64,000 nucleotides of DNA from Mustelus asterias (lineage: Eukaryota). Made by a program: the position numbers and the translations under genes. Below are positions 1 through 10,546 of this stretch, piece by piece; the first letter of the stretch is position 1, and each line of letters begins with the position of its first letter. The notes beneath the pieces are model-generated. The model searched no databases, was not told where the DNA came from, and saw nothing but the letters and a program-made list of their open reading frames with translations. The DNA is taken from the NCBI RefSeq assembly GCF_964213995.1, contig NC_135830.1, positions 5,332,001 to 5,396,000 of the forward strand. The letters are read 5' to 3'.

Positions 1-103
1 GTCTGAAAAAACATCGCCATTCACAACGGGAGAGACTGTACCCGTGTTCCATGTGAGATTTAACTGATTGTTTAACCTGGAGAGTCACAAGGACACCGGC
101 ACC

Positions 104-946
104 ATGGAGAAACTGTGGAAATGTGGGGACTGTGGGAAGGGATTCAGGTCCCCGTCTGAGCTGGAAACTCATCGACGCAGTCACACTGGGGAGAGACCAT
201 TCATCTGCTCCAAGTGTGGGAAGGGATTTGCTCAGTCGTCCACACTGCTGACACACCAACAGGTTCACAGTCGAGAGAGGCCATTCACCTGCTCTCAATG
301 TGGGAAGGGATTCACTAATCCATCCCTTCTGCTGAGACACCAGCGAGTTCACACTGGGGAGAGGCCGTTCATTTGCTCTGACTGTGGGAAGGGATTTAAA
401 GACTCCTCCACCCTGCTGACACACTGGCGAGTTCACACTGGGGAGCGGCCGTTCACCTGCTCAGAGTGTGAGAAGGGATTCAGTGATTTATCCACCCTGC
501 TGACACACCAGCGGGTTCACAGCGGAGAGAGACCATTCAGATGCTCCCAGTGTGGGAAGAGATTCGCTCAGTCTTCAAATCTGCAGAAACACCAGCGGGT
601 TCACTCTGGGCTGAAGCCGTTCACTTGCTTTGAGTGCGGGAAGGGATTCCGTGATTCATCTCACCTACTGAGACACCAGAGAGTTCACACGGGAGAGAGG
701 CCGTTCACCTGCTCAGAGTGTGAGAAGAGATTTACTCACTCATCCACCCTGCTGACACACCAGCGAGTTCACTCTGGGGAGAGGCCATTCACCTGCCGTG
801 ACTGTGGGAAGGGATTCACTCAATCTTCGAACCTGCTGAAACACCAGCGAGTTCACTCCGGGCAGAAACCATTCACCTGCTCCGGGTGTGGGAAGGGATT
901 CAGTGATTCATCCCACCTGCTGAGACACCAGCGAGTTCACAAGTGA
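104..946 (+). CDS. C2H2 zinc-finger protein, 10 tandem fingers, no KRAB/SCAN/BTB domain (ZNF-A)
   Basis: ATG in ACCATGG context at 104; ten CxxC-x12-HxxxH fingers with TGERP-type linkers; ends HK-TGA. Upstream in-frame TGA at 65-67. Promoter lies outside the window. Confidence 0.88.
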   Translation: MEKLWKCGDCGKGFRSPSELETHRRSHTGERPFICSKCGKGFAQSSTLLTHQQVHSRERPFTCSQCGKGFTNPSLLLRHQRVHTGERPFICSDCGKGFKDSSTLLTHWRVHTGERPFTCSECEKGFSDLSTLLTHQRVHSGERPFRCSQCGKRFAQSSNLQKHQRVHSGLKPFTCFECGKGFRDSSHLLRHQRVHTGERPFTCSECEKRFTHSSTLLTHQRVHSGERPFTCRDCGKGFTQSSNLLKHQRVHSGQKPFTCSGCGKGFSDSSHLLRHQRVHK

Positions 947-1401
947 TGACAGGGGTTGGATTCTGCTGTTATTGCTGCTGTTAATCACATCCAGGACTGA
1001 ACCATGTTCATTCTGACAGTTGGTGAAGTGGGAGGGTCGGAGGGTTTTGCTCAGCAGGACTGGCCAGTCTTATGTCTTCCAGTGGGCTGATGCTCTTCGA
1101 GCCTGGGAGAGCACATTTCCACTGAAATGATCCACAGAAGCAGATGTGGTGTATTCATTTTATCCTGGATAGTAAATAGTCTTTCCTATCACTACAGGTG
1201 TCTTGTCTTTCTTCCATCCTCGTTCTCAGGGTTGGCCGCACTCTGAACAATCTTTCTCCACTGATTTCTCAACTGCCCTCACTGCCTATCCCATCGAGAG
1301 ACTAGTCCACATTCTGATATTATCCACCCGTGCCATCTTGGGCCTTCCTTGCACACATTTTCCAGGTGTTTTGCCTTGCAGTCCCTCTTTTTCCAAATAC
1401 T

Positions 1402-1724
1402 CATAGAGAATCATAGAATCCCTACAGTACAGAAGGAGGCCATTCAGCCCATTGAGTCTGTACCGACCACAATCCCACCCAGGTCCTATTGCCGTAACCC
1501 CACATACTTACCTGCTAATTCCCCTGACACTCGGGTCAATTTAGCATGGCCAGTCAACCTAACCCACACATCTTTGGACTGTGGGAGGAAACTGGAGCAC
1601 CCGGAGGAAACTCATACAGACACCGGGAGAAAGTGCAAACTCCACACAGGCAGTGACCCGAGGCCGGAATTGAACCCAGATCCCTGGCGCTGTGAGGCAG
1701 CAGTGCTAACCACTGTGCCATCCC
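1402..1724 (-). mobile_element. tRNA-derived V-SINE (HE1-like) with CR1-type 3' tail
   Basis: Reverse strand has a tRNA-like head (A/B boxes), the V-domain TGTGTGGAGTTTGCAC...GGTTTCCTCCCACAGTCCAAAGA and a (TTCTATG)-type tail; near-identical to the copy at 16233. Confidence 0.85.
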
Positions 1725-2300
1725 TCCCTATTTACAACACATGTCCAAAATAGGTGAGCTTCCTGGATGTCAGAGCCTCAGACAGATTCCTGTGAACACC
1801 AAAAACAAAACCCCCAAAGGAAAATTACAAATTTCAAAACAGGATGTGGTTCTGGGGAGAAATGAAGCACTCCAGCCCCCACATTGCCCACTGGTCATGG
1901 AGGATCTTAGTCATGCTGATGGACACCATGTGTTCCACTCCAGGGACACCCGACTGCGAACATCACCGTGAAAGCGGCTCAACCGCCCACTGCCTTAATC
2001 CATTCATGGCAAATACTCACTGGGTAAAGAGGTTTCTCATCAAATCTCTACTCGATTATTGAACCCCTTGAACATCTTGAACATTTCCATTGTGTCAGGG
2101 TGGCAATAATTGTGTTTTGGGTGAATCCCATGGAATCTCCTCTGGAGAAGCTTTCCTGGTAAGTGTGTCTGCCTGGTTATCATCACTCTCTTCACTAACT
2201 CCTGCTGCTGATCTACCTTCACTTTACAAATAGCAATTTGTCCCAAACACATCACACTTCCCACCCCGAGAGTCTGTGTGAACAGGGAGGAATATGTTTG

Positions 2301-2645
2301 AAACATAGAAAATAGGAGCAGGAGGAGGCCATTCGGCCCATCGAACGCACTCCACCATTCATTTGATGATGGCTGATCATCCAGTTCAATAGCCTGATCC
2401 CACCTTCTCCCCATATCCTTTGATCCCCTTCACCTCATGCGCTATATCGAACTGTTTCTTGAAAACATAAGTTTTGGCCTCGACTATTCCCTATGGTGGC
2501 GAATTCCATAGGCTGACCACTCTCTGGGTGAAGAAATTTCTGCTTATCTCCCCAAAACAGTCTACCCTGCATCGTCAGACTGTGACCCCCTGGTTCTGGG
2601 CAGCCCCACCATTAGGAACATCTTTCCTGCATCTATCCTGTCTGG
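2301..2645 (-). mobile_element. CR1-clade LINE 3' fragment
   Basis: Reverse strand encodes a degenerate RNFFTQRVV...WNS C-terminus and the GGGCCGAATGGCCTCCTCC...TTCTATG tail. Confidence 0.7.
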
Positions 2646-2652
2646 TCTCAGA

Positions 2653-2848
2653 TCTCCACCCTGGGATTCCCGGTGTGAACAGGGTGGGATGTGTTTGGAG
2701 ACAGGATGTCCCAGTTCTCCAGTCTGGAATTCTCAGTGTGAACAGGGTGGGATGTGTTTGGAGACAGGATGTCCCAGTTCTCCAGTCTGGAATTCTCAGT
2801 GTGAACAGGGGGGGAATGTGTTTGGAGATAGGATGTCCCAGTTCTCCA
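2653..2848. repeat. 63-bp tandem minisatellite, about 3 copies
   Basis: GTGTGAACAGGG recurs at 2673, 2736 and 2799; a related unit at about 2276 is separated from these by the CR1 fragment. Confidence 0.9.
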
Positions 2849-3057
2849 TCTTTAAAAGGTCAAAGAGAGGACCAGCTGGATTAAATGGTGTTGCTTTATG
2901 ACATAATTTCATTGCCTGGTAACTAACCGCCCGGAACCCAGCTCATTATGGGCTGGGAGTGTTTGGTGGGGCAATGCAGATGGAGTTTTTCTACTCACTG
3001 GCACTGTTTGGTGTGGCTGCTCTGCATGATTTCCACTTCAGAACATGAGCATTAAAT

Positions 3058-3310
3058 TTTGATTTGATTTATTATTGTCAAATATATTGGGATACAGTGA
3101 AAAGTATTATTTCCTGCACGCTATACAGACAAAACATACCTTTCATAGAGTACACGGGGAGAAGGAAAGGATAGGGTGCAAAATATAGTATTGCAGGTAC
3201 AGGTAGGGTGAAGAGAAATGTCAGCTTAATAGGACCATTCAAGAGTGTGATGACTTTTGGGAAGAAGCTGTTCTTGAGTCATTTGGTACATGTTTTCAGA
3301 CTTTTGCATA
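3058..3310 (-). mobile_element. Rex1/Babar-type LINE 3' end
   Basis: Reverse complement of the 3' UTR and (ATCAA)n tail seen at 12350-12546. Confidence 0.7.
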
Positions 3311-3319
3311 AATTTACCG

Positions 3320-3545
3320 AGAAAGTGGTGATGAGCTGCCTTCCTGAACCACTTCAGTCCATGTGGTGTAGGTATATCCATAGTGCTGTTAGGGAGGGAA
3401 TTGCAGGATTTTGATCCAGTGACAGTGAAGGAACAGCGATATATTTCCAAGTCACAATGGCATGTGGCTTGGAGGGGAATTTCCAGCAGGTGGTGTTCTC
3501 ATGTGTCTGCTGTCCTTGTCCTTCCAGATGATGGTGGTTGTGTGT
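3320..3545 (-). mobile_element. Old CR1/L2-group LINE 3' fragment
   Basis: Reverse strand gives TWKYIAVPSLSL / NSLPNS / FRKAAHHH; related fragments at about 19040-19150 and 51490-51680. Confidence 0.55.
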
Positions 3546-3919
3546 GGGGGAAGAGATTGACTCAGTCATTTATCAGCTTTGTTTATGGGAATACATTTGT
3601 TGATAATGGATCCACAGCTTTTTGGTATTTTCCTAATCCACCACAAACAAGTTGCCTCCTCATAACTTTGCGGTTACCTCTGTTTAGATTTAAGACCCTA
3701 GTTTCAGATTGAGTAACATTGTTTTCAAACTTATTGTAAAATTCTATTTTAAATTCATTGTGTCTTTCAATCTCGATAAACCTCACGAAAAACAGATTAT
3801 TTCTGATCATCATCACATTTCTGTTTGTGGAGGCTTACTGCGCATAGAGATACCCTGAGGTTGTGAAAGGCACTATATAAATAAAAATTCTTCCAACTGC
3901 AGCCCACTTGCTGTGGTTA

Positions 3920-4310
3920 TCAGCAAATTCCTTTACACACAAAGAAGAAGAATGGCCTCTCCCAGTGTGAACTCGCTGGTGTCTCAGCAGGACCAATGAA
4001 TCTCTTTTCACACACTGGGTAGGTGAACGATCTCTCTCCAGTGTGAACTTGCTGATGTGTCAGCAGGTGGGATGACTGAGTGAATCCCTTTCCGCACTGG
4101 GAGCAGGTGAAGGGTTTCTCCCTGGTGTGAACCTGCTGGTGTCGCAACATATTTGAAAATTGAGTGAATCCCTTTTCACACAGGGGGCAGGTGAATGGCC
4201 TCACACCAGTGTGACAGCATCGATGAATTTCCCGATCAGAGAGATAATAGAATCCCTTCCCGGTATCCCCACATTGTCCACACGGACTTTCCCTGTTTTG
4301 GTTACACTTT
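3920..4310 (-). pseudogene. Decayed C2H2 zinc-finger gene (about 4 fingers)
   Basis: Two intact fingers flanked by broken ones and a frameshift; the 5' end is interrupted by a Penelope remnant. Confidence 0.75.
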
Positions 4311-4338
4311 TGCCTTCCCATATCAATCGATTGAATCC

Positions 4339-4612
4339 AGATGTGTATTATCTCCAGACAGGAGACAATACGCATCTCTTTAACCTGTCTTAATGCTCTC
4401 TCCACTCACATTGTTTGTACCTTAAAGACTTGATTTGCTGTAAGTATTCGCATTCCAACCATTATTCTGTAAATTGAGTTTGTGTCTCTGTGCCCTGTTT
4501 GTGAACAGAATTCCCACTCACCTGAAGAAGGAGTTTAAGGCTACGAAAGCTTGTGTGGCTTTTGCTACCAAATAAACCTGTTGGACTTTAACCTGGTGTT
4601 GTTAAACTTCTT
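4339..4612 (+). mobile_element. Penelope-like element terminal repeat with short 5' inversion
   Basis: Homologous to 16753-16975 and 47612-47865; 4339-4361 is an inverted copy of the adjacent sequence. Confidence 0.75.
4513..4558 (+). ncRNA. Minimal hammerhead ribozyme motif, degenerate stem II
   Basis: CTGAAGA at 4522-4528, GAAA at 4545-4548, then GCTT; stem II has a mismatch and G-U pairs. Confidence 0.55.
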
Positions 4613-4839
4613 GCTCTTTCTGTACTGCAGGGTTTCTTTGATTATCCAATCTTTTGGTCATCTGTGCTAATATATCCTGATGTATCTGGATGTTCCTGTG
4701 AAATGCAGTGGGATGATTTCTGATGTTAAGGATTTTAAATAAATAGAAGTTGTTGTTGGCTGTAACCCTGACCTCCTGCTTTACAGCAACCCATTGATTT
4801 CAATCTCTGAGGCTTTGCTCCTGCGGCTTTGCAGCCTGA

Positions 4840-5290
4840 GCCTAGCATTGGCACTGCGCATGCTCCAGCTCACAATGCCCTGGGAGTGATTGACGGCGGC
4901 TCTGGACCAATAGAAAGAGAGGGCGGGACTGGATGGCCGAGCAGTAAGGCTGGTCCTCCAGCCAATCGGAGTGAACGAGGGGCGGGTCCAGACCAGAACA
5001 CTCCTGTTGTGACTGAGAACATGCGCAGTGCCGATGAGAACTCACGATCGAGGCGGTTGTGGAAATTATCAGCCGGTGAGATACCGTGGGATGGGTCATG
5101 AGGGAGGGAGGGAGCCGGCGGGTAGGTTTGGAGGCCTCATAAACATCCCGTGTGGGCCGAAGCTCCGATGCGGAGTTTGTAGCGGCGGAAGCTGCTCAGG
5201 CTTTTCTCCGAGAGAGGCCCGTGTAAACAGCCGCCATATTTACTGGGGATGGTGTGCGGTCTGGTGCATGCGCAATGAAGGAGTGCTGGG
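4840..5290. promoter_or_regulatory. Bidirectional CpG-rich promoter between ZNF pseudogene (-) and ZNF-B (+), including non-coding first exon
   Basis: NRF1-like TGCGCATG(C) at about 4855, 5020 and 5266; CCAAT at about 4907 and 4962; GGGCGG boxes; YY1-like GCCGCCATATT at 5230; splice donor CCG|GTGAG at 5076; homologous to 13230-13640, 17050-17460 and 50400-50830. Confidence 0.7.
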
Positions 5291-5490
5291 AGGTTCCAGA
5301 CGTCACAATGGAATGGGTGAGGGTCCCAGATGAGCTGAGACTGGGGGAGTCGGGCGATGTCACTGAGGTGGAAGAACAAAGAACAGCACAGGAACAGGCC
5401 CTTCGGCCCTCCAAGCCTGTGCTGACCATGATGGCCTCACTAAACTTAAAAAAAACCTTCCGCCCTTACTCGGTCTGTATCTCTCTATTC

Positions 5491-6542
5491 TGGTCAGAGT
5501 GCGAGTTAATTATTCATCATGGAGTGCGGTTACAAGTGGTGTACCTCAGGGATCTGTTTTGGGGCCACTGCTGTTTGTAATATTTATTAATGATCTGGAT
5601 GAGGGTATAGTTGGGTGGATTAGCAAATTTGCTGATGACACCAAAGTCGGTGGTGTGGTAGACAGTGAGGAAGGGTGTCGTAGTTTGCAGGAAGACTTAG
5701 ACAGGTTGCAAAGTTGGGCCGAGAGGTGGCGGATGGAGTTTAATGCGGAGAAGTGTGAGGTAATTCACTTTGGTAGGAATAACAGATGTGTTGAGTATAG
5801 GGCTAACGGGAGGACTTTGAATAGTGTGGAGGAGCAGAGGGATCTAGGTGTATGTGTGCATAGATCCCTGAAAGTTGGGAATCAAGTAGATAAGGTTGTT
5901 AAGAAGGCATATGGTGTCTTGGCGTTTATTGGTAGGGGGATTGAATTTAGGAGTCGTAGCGTTATGTTGCAACTGTACACAACTCTGGTGCGGCCGCACT
6001 TGGAGTACTGTGTGCAGTTCTGGTCCCCACATTACAGGAAGGATGTGGAGGCTTTGGAGAGGGTGCAGAGGAGGTTTACCAGGATGTTGCCTGGTATGGA
6101 GGGGAGATCCTATGAGGAGAGGCTGAGGGATTTGGGATTGTTTTCGCTGGAAAGGCGGCGGCTAAGAGGGGATCTTATTGAAACATATAAGATGATTAGA
6201 GGTTTAGATAGGGTGGATAGTGATAGCCTTTTTCCTCTGATGGAGAAATCCAGCACGAGGGGGCATGGCTTTAAATTGAGGGGGGGTAGTTATAGAACCG
6301 ATGTCAGGGGTAGGTTCTTTACCCAGAGGGTGGTGAGGGATTGGAATGCCCTGCCAGCATCAGTAGTAAATGCGCCTAGTTTGGGGGCGTTTAAGAGATC
6401 CGTAGATAGGTTCATGGACGAAAAGAAATTGGTTTAGGTTGGAGGGTCACAGTTTTTTTTTTTTTTTTTAACTGGTCGGTGCAACATCGTGGGCCGAAGG
6501 GCCTGTTCTGCGCTGTAATGTTCTATGTTCTATGTTCTATGT
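5491..6542 (+). mobile_element. Young 5'-truncated CR1 LINE (RT C-terminal half, uninterrupted frame 5499-6437)
   Basis: [15 protein letters not shown] and LVRPHLEYC motifs; (TTCTATG)n tail; flanked by TCTATTC duplication at 5484-5490 and 6543-6549. Confidence 0.93.
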
Positions 6543-6610
6543 TCTATTCCCTCCCTATTCATTATCCATCCAGATGCCTCTTAAATGTTGCTAGTGTGTG
6601 TTCCCACCAC

Positions 6611-7214
6611 AGAATATTGAATACAGGAGCTGGGACGTCTTGTTGAAGTTGTACAAGACATTGGTAAGGCCACGCTTGGAATACTGTGTGCAGTTCTGAT
6701 CATCCTGTTATAGAAAGGATATTATTAAATGAGAAAGAATGCAGAAAAGATTTACGAGGATACTACCGGGGCTTGATGGTTTGGGTTATAAGGAGAGGCT
6801 GGATAGACTGGGACTTTTTTCTCTGGAGTGTAGGAGGCTGAGAGGTGATCTTATAGAGGTCTATAAAATAATGAGGGGCACAAATCAGCGAGATAGTCAA
6901 TATCTTTTCCCAAAGGTAGGGGAGTCTAAAACTAGAGGGCATAGGTTTAAGGGGAGAGATACAAAAGTGTCCAGAGGGGCAATTTTTTCACACACAGGGT
7001 TGGGAGTGTCTGGAACAAGCTGCCAGAGGTAGTAGAGGCGGGTACAATTTTATCTTTTAAAAAGCATTCAGTTACTTACACGGGTAAGATGGTGCAGAGG
7101 GATATGGGCCAAATATGAGCAATTGGGATTGGTTTAGGGGTTTTAAAAAAAGGGCGGCATGGACAAGTTGGGCCGAATGGCCTGTTTCCATGCTGTAAAT
7201 CTCTATGACTCGAT
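6611..7214 (+). mobile_element. Degenerate CR1 3' fragment (family B)
   Basis: RT C-terminus with stops; tail GTTTCCATGCTGTAAA..TCTATGACTC is the same as at 63200-63249. Confidence 0.85.
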
Positions 7215-8062
7215 GACCTCCTCTGGTAGCGCGTTCCAGACACCCACCACTCTCTGCGTGAAAAACTTCCTCATTCACATCTCCCTGAAACTTTCCTTCT
7301 CTCACCTTGAACCTCTGTCTCCTTGGAAGTAGGCAGCCTTGATGATGATCTGAATATGTGGTTGGAAGCTCAACCTAGGGTGAAATATTTCATCCTGGTT
7401 GTGAACAGCCTAGTTCTGCCTCAGACAGTTGCCAGGAAGAGGGATAGAGTTGCTAGCGAGGGAGTGGAATTTGCAGTGGGGACTGAGCACAATGGGTTCA
7501 GTCTTCCCAGTAGTTACATTAAAAAAAAGTTCATGTTCTTTTAGTACAGGATGTCAGACAAGTCAGCATGATGTGTGAGTTGTAGGGGAACTTGGAGTTG
7601 ATGGGGTTCCTTTCTAACCTACTACCCTGGTCCTTGGTCATGGAGGTTGAGGGTTTGGGAGATTTTGTCAAAGTTCTTGTTGAGTTGTAGATGTATAAAA
7701 TCCCTCTCCTTCACCCCCGCTCTCTCCTATTTCTCTTTGTCTCCTCCCACAGTGTCCACAGTCTTGTGTAGATCCAGACTGGGTGGCAGGTTTCATTCCT
7801 TGAAGAACATTGGGGAACCAGTTGGATTTTTATGACAAGCCAGCAATGCCGGCCCCACAAATTCCCAGATTCCTTCAGCTCAATTTCACAAGCTACCTTT
7901 GTCTTTTTGTGGGTTCTCGCTCACTCCCTTTTTTCTGTTTTATATCAATTTCACAGGGTTTTAGAAAAGGATTTGGAGTTTGGAAACTGAAACCAAACAT
8001 CGTATCAGAATCTGATGGAGTCGGCCAATTTATTGTAACCTGAATATCATTGCACTTTGAAC

Positions 8063-9256
8063 ATGGAAGAAAAATGCACCATTCACATTGGAGAGAAACC
8101 ATACATGTGCTCTGTGTGTGGACAAGACTTCAACTTATCATCTGGTCTTTCAGAACATAATTGCAGTCACAACAGGGATTTAGCATGGACATGTGGGGAC
8201 TGTGGGAAAGGATTCGATTTCTCATCCCAACTGGAGATTCATCGGTGCAGTCACACTGGAGAGAAGCCATTCACCTGCTCTGAGTGTGGGAAGGGATTCA
8301 ATAGGCCATCCCACCTAGCAAGACATCAGCAAATTCACACTGGGGAGAAACCATTCACATGCCCCGAGTGTGGGAAGGGATTCAATAGACCATCCCAGTT
8401 AGCAATGCACCAGCGAGTTCACACTGGGGAGAAACCGTTCACCTGCTCCCAGTGTGGGAAGGGATTTGCTGACTCATCCAATCTGCTGAGACACGAGCAA
8501 CTTCACACTGGGGAGAGACCGTTCACCTGCTCCCAGTGCGGGAAGGGATTCACTAACCAATCTTATCTGCTGACATACCAGCGAGTTCACACTGGGGAGA
8601 GGCCTTTCATCTGTTCCCAGTGTGGGAAAGGATTCGCTCAGTTATCCACTCTGCTGTTACACCAACGGGTTCACACTGGGGAGAGACCGTTTACCTGCTC
8701 CGAGTGTGGGAAGGGATTCACTCGCTCAGCCAAACTGCTGATACACCAGCGAGATCACACTGGGGAGAGGCCGTTCACTTGCTCTGTGTGTGGGAAGGGA
8801 TTCACTCAGTCATCCAACCTGCTGACACACCAACGTGTTCATACTGGGGAGAAGCCATTCACCTGCTCTCAGTGTGGGAAGGGATTCAATAGGCCATCCC
8901 GCCTAGCAATGCACCAGCGAATTCACTCTGGGGAGAAACCGTTCACCTGCTCCCAGTGTGGGAAGGGATTTGCTGACTCTGCCAATTTACTGAGACACGA
9001 GCGTATCCACACTGGGGAGAGACCGTTCACTTGCTCTCGGTGTGGGAAGGGATTCATTAACCAATCTTACCTGCTGATACACCAGCGAATTCACACTGGG
9101 GAGAGACCATTCACCTGCTCTCAGTGTGGGAAGGGATTCACTCAGTCATCCCATCTGCTGACACACCAGCGAGTTCACACTGGGGAGAGACCTTTCATCT
9201 GCTCCCAGTGTGGGAAGGGATTCAGTACGCCATCCCACCTAGCAAGGCACCAGTGA
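8063..9256 (+). CDS. C2H2 zinc-finger protein, 13 fingers plus a truncated 14th (ZNF-B)
   Basis: Acceptor TTTCACAG ends at 7956; ATG at 8063; finger 6 has His>Tyr; premature TGA inside finger 14 with decayed finger sequence beyond. Confidence 0.85.
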   Translation: MEEKCTIHIGEKPYMCSVCGQDFNLSSGLSEHNCSHNRDLAWTCGDCGKGFDFSSQLEIHRCSHTGEKPFTCSECGKGFNRPSHLARHQQIHTGEKPFTCPECGKGFNRPSQLAMHQRVHTGEKPFTCSQCGKGFADSSNLLRHEQLHTGERPFTCSQCGKGFTNQSYLLTYQRVHTGERPFICSQCGKGFAQLSTLLLHQRVHTGERPFTCSECGKGFTRSAKLLIHQRDHTGERPFTCSVCGKGFTQSSNLLTHQRVHTGEKPFTCSQCGKGFNRPSRLAMHQRIHSGEKPFTCSQCGKGFADSANLLRHERIHTGERPFTCSRCGKGFINQSYLLIHQRIHTGERPFTCSQCGKGFTQSSHLLTHQRVHTGERPFICSQCGKGFSTPSHLARHQ

Positions 9257-9572
9257 ATTCACACTAGGGAGAAGCCGTCACCTGCTCCCAGTCTGGAAAG
9301 GGATTTGTCACCCCAGCCAATCTGCTGAGACACCAGCGAATTCACAAGTAACTATTGTGGTTGGATTTTTCCTGTTAATTTTCAGATTGAACCATGTACA
9401 TTTGGGCCTGTTTCTGCTGAATTGAAAAAAAACTCCAGCTCTGTTATAGATGTTAATATAATTGATCTTATAAAGGGAGGATCTGGGGTCAGGAAGCTCA
9501 CACAAAACATCAAATCAGCATTGGATGGAGCTGCACAATTTAAAGTAAATTGAAAAGCAGGAAACTTTGAAC

Positions 9573-10460
9573 ATGGAAGGAAGCAGCACCATTCACAACT
9601 ACAGTCACATTCGGGAGAAACCGTGGAAATCTAGAGACTGTGAGGAGACATTTCAGTTACCCGTTTGACCTTTTTATCATTTCCTAATTCAGTGCATTTC
9701 TTATTTACTAGATTAGTATCATAATAAATGTAGCGACGCTGTATCTTTCAATCAGAGTCATCACGGCACTGAAGGAATACATTCGTTTTCTCAAACCCAT
9801 TTGATTCTCTGTGGACCAGTAACACAGGCTTGAAAAACATCACACCATTCACAGCTGGGAGAAACTGTACACGTGTTGTGTGGGTGGATGAGGCTTCAAC
9901 TGAACATCCAACTTGGAGAGACACAAGACACCAGCACCATGGAGAAACTGTGGAAATGGGACTGTGGGAAGGGATTCAATTATCCATTTGCACTGGAAAC
10001 CCATCAATGCAGTCACACTGGGGAGAGGCCGTTCACTTGTGCTGACTGTGGTATGAGGTTCACTAACTCCATTCTGCAGGAAGAACAGCAAATTCACACT
10101 GGAGAGAGGCCACACACCGGCTCTGACTGTGGGAAGGGATTCACTTAGTTATCCACTCTGCAGAGACACCACAGATTTCATACGGGAGATAGGCCATTTA
10201 TCTGCCCTGACTGTGGGAAGGGATTTAGTCGATTATCCAAGCTGTGCAACCACCAGCAGGTTTGCACTGAGGGAGACATTTCACTTGCTCCGAGTATGGG
10301 AAGGGATTCACTCGGTCATCTCACCTGCTGACACCAGGAAGCTCGCACTGGGGAGAGGCCATTCACCTGCTCCAAGTGTGGGAAGGGATTCACTGAGTCA
10401 TCTTGCCTGCCTACACACCAACAAATTTACACAGAGAAAGATCATTCGTCTGCCCTGATT
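9573..10460 (+). pseudogene. Fragmented C2H2 zinc-finger pseudogene(s)
   Basis: MEG-type start fragment at 9573 and MEKLWK start at 9939; stops and frameshifts throughout. Confidence 0.8.
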
Positions 10461-10546
10461 GTGGGAGATTCCCCGAGTGATCCAACTCCTGTTTAAACAT
10501 CACGGCAATCACTCCAATTCAACCTATTATCTGCTCCAACTCTGGG

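Larger units (their letters stand above)
5373..7320 (-). mobile_element. Old CR1 3' remnant split by two younger CR1 insertions
   Basis: Pieces at 5373-5490, 6549-6610 and 7217-7320 read continuously as one reverse-strand CR1 tail. Confidence 0.6.

Noticed and set aside
65-67. Conserved in-frame UGA upstream of ZNF starts as selenocysteine or readthrough
   Set aside because: It aligns to an Arg (CGA) helix position, not a Cys; upstream frames are broken differently in each copy; no SECIS-like structure was recognised.
2653-2848. Regular repeats here and at 15997 and 51985 as CRISPR arrays
   Set aside because: Head-to-tail units with no unique spacers, in vertebrate DNA with no cas genes.
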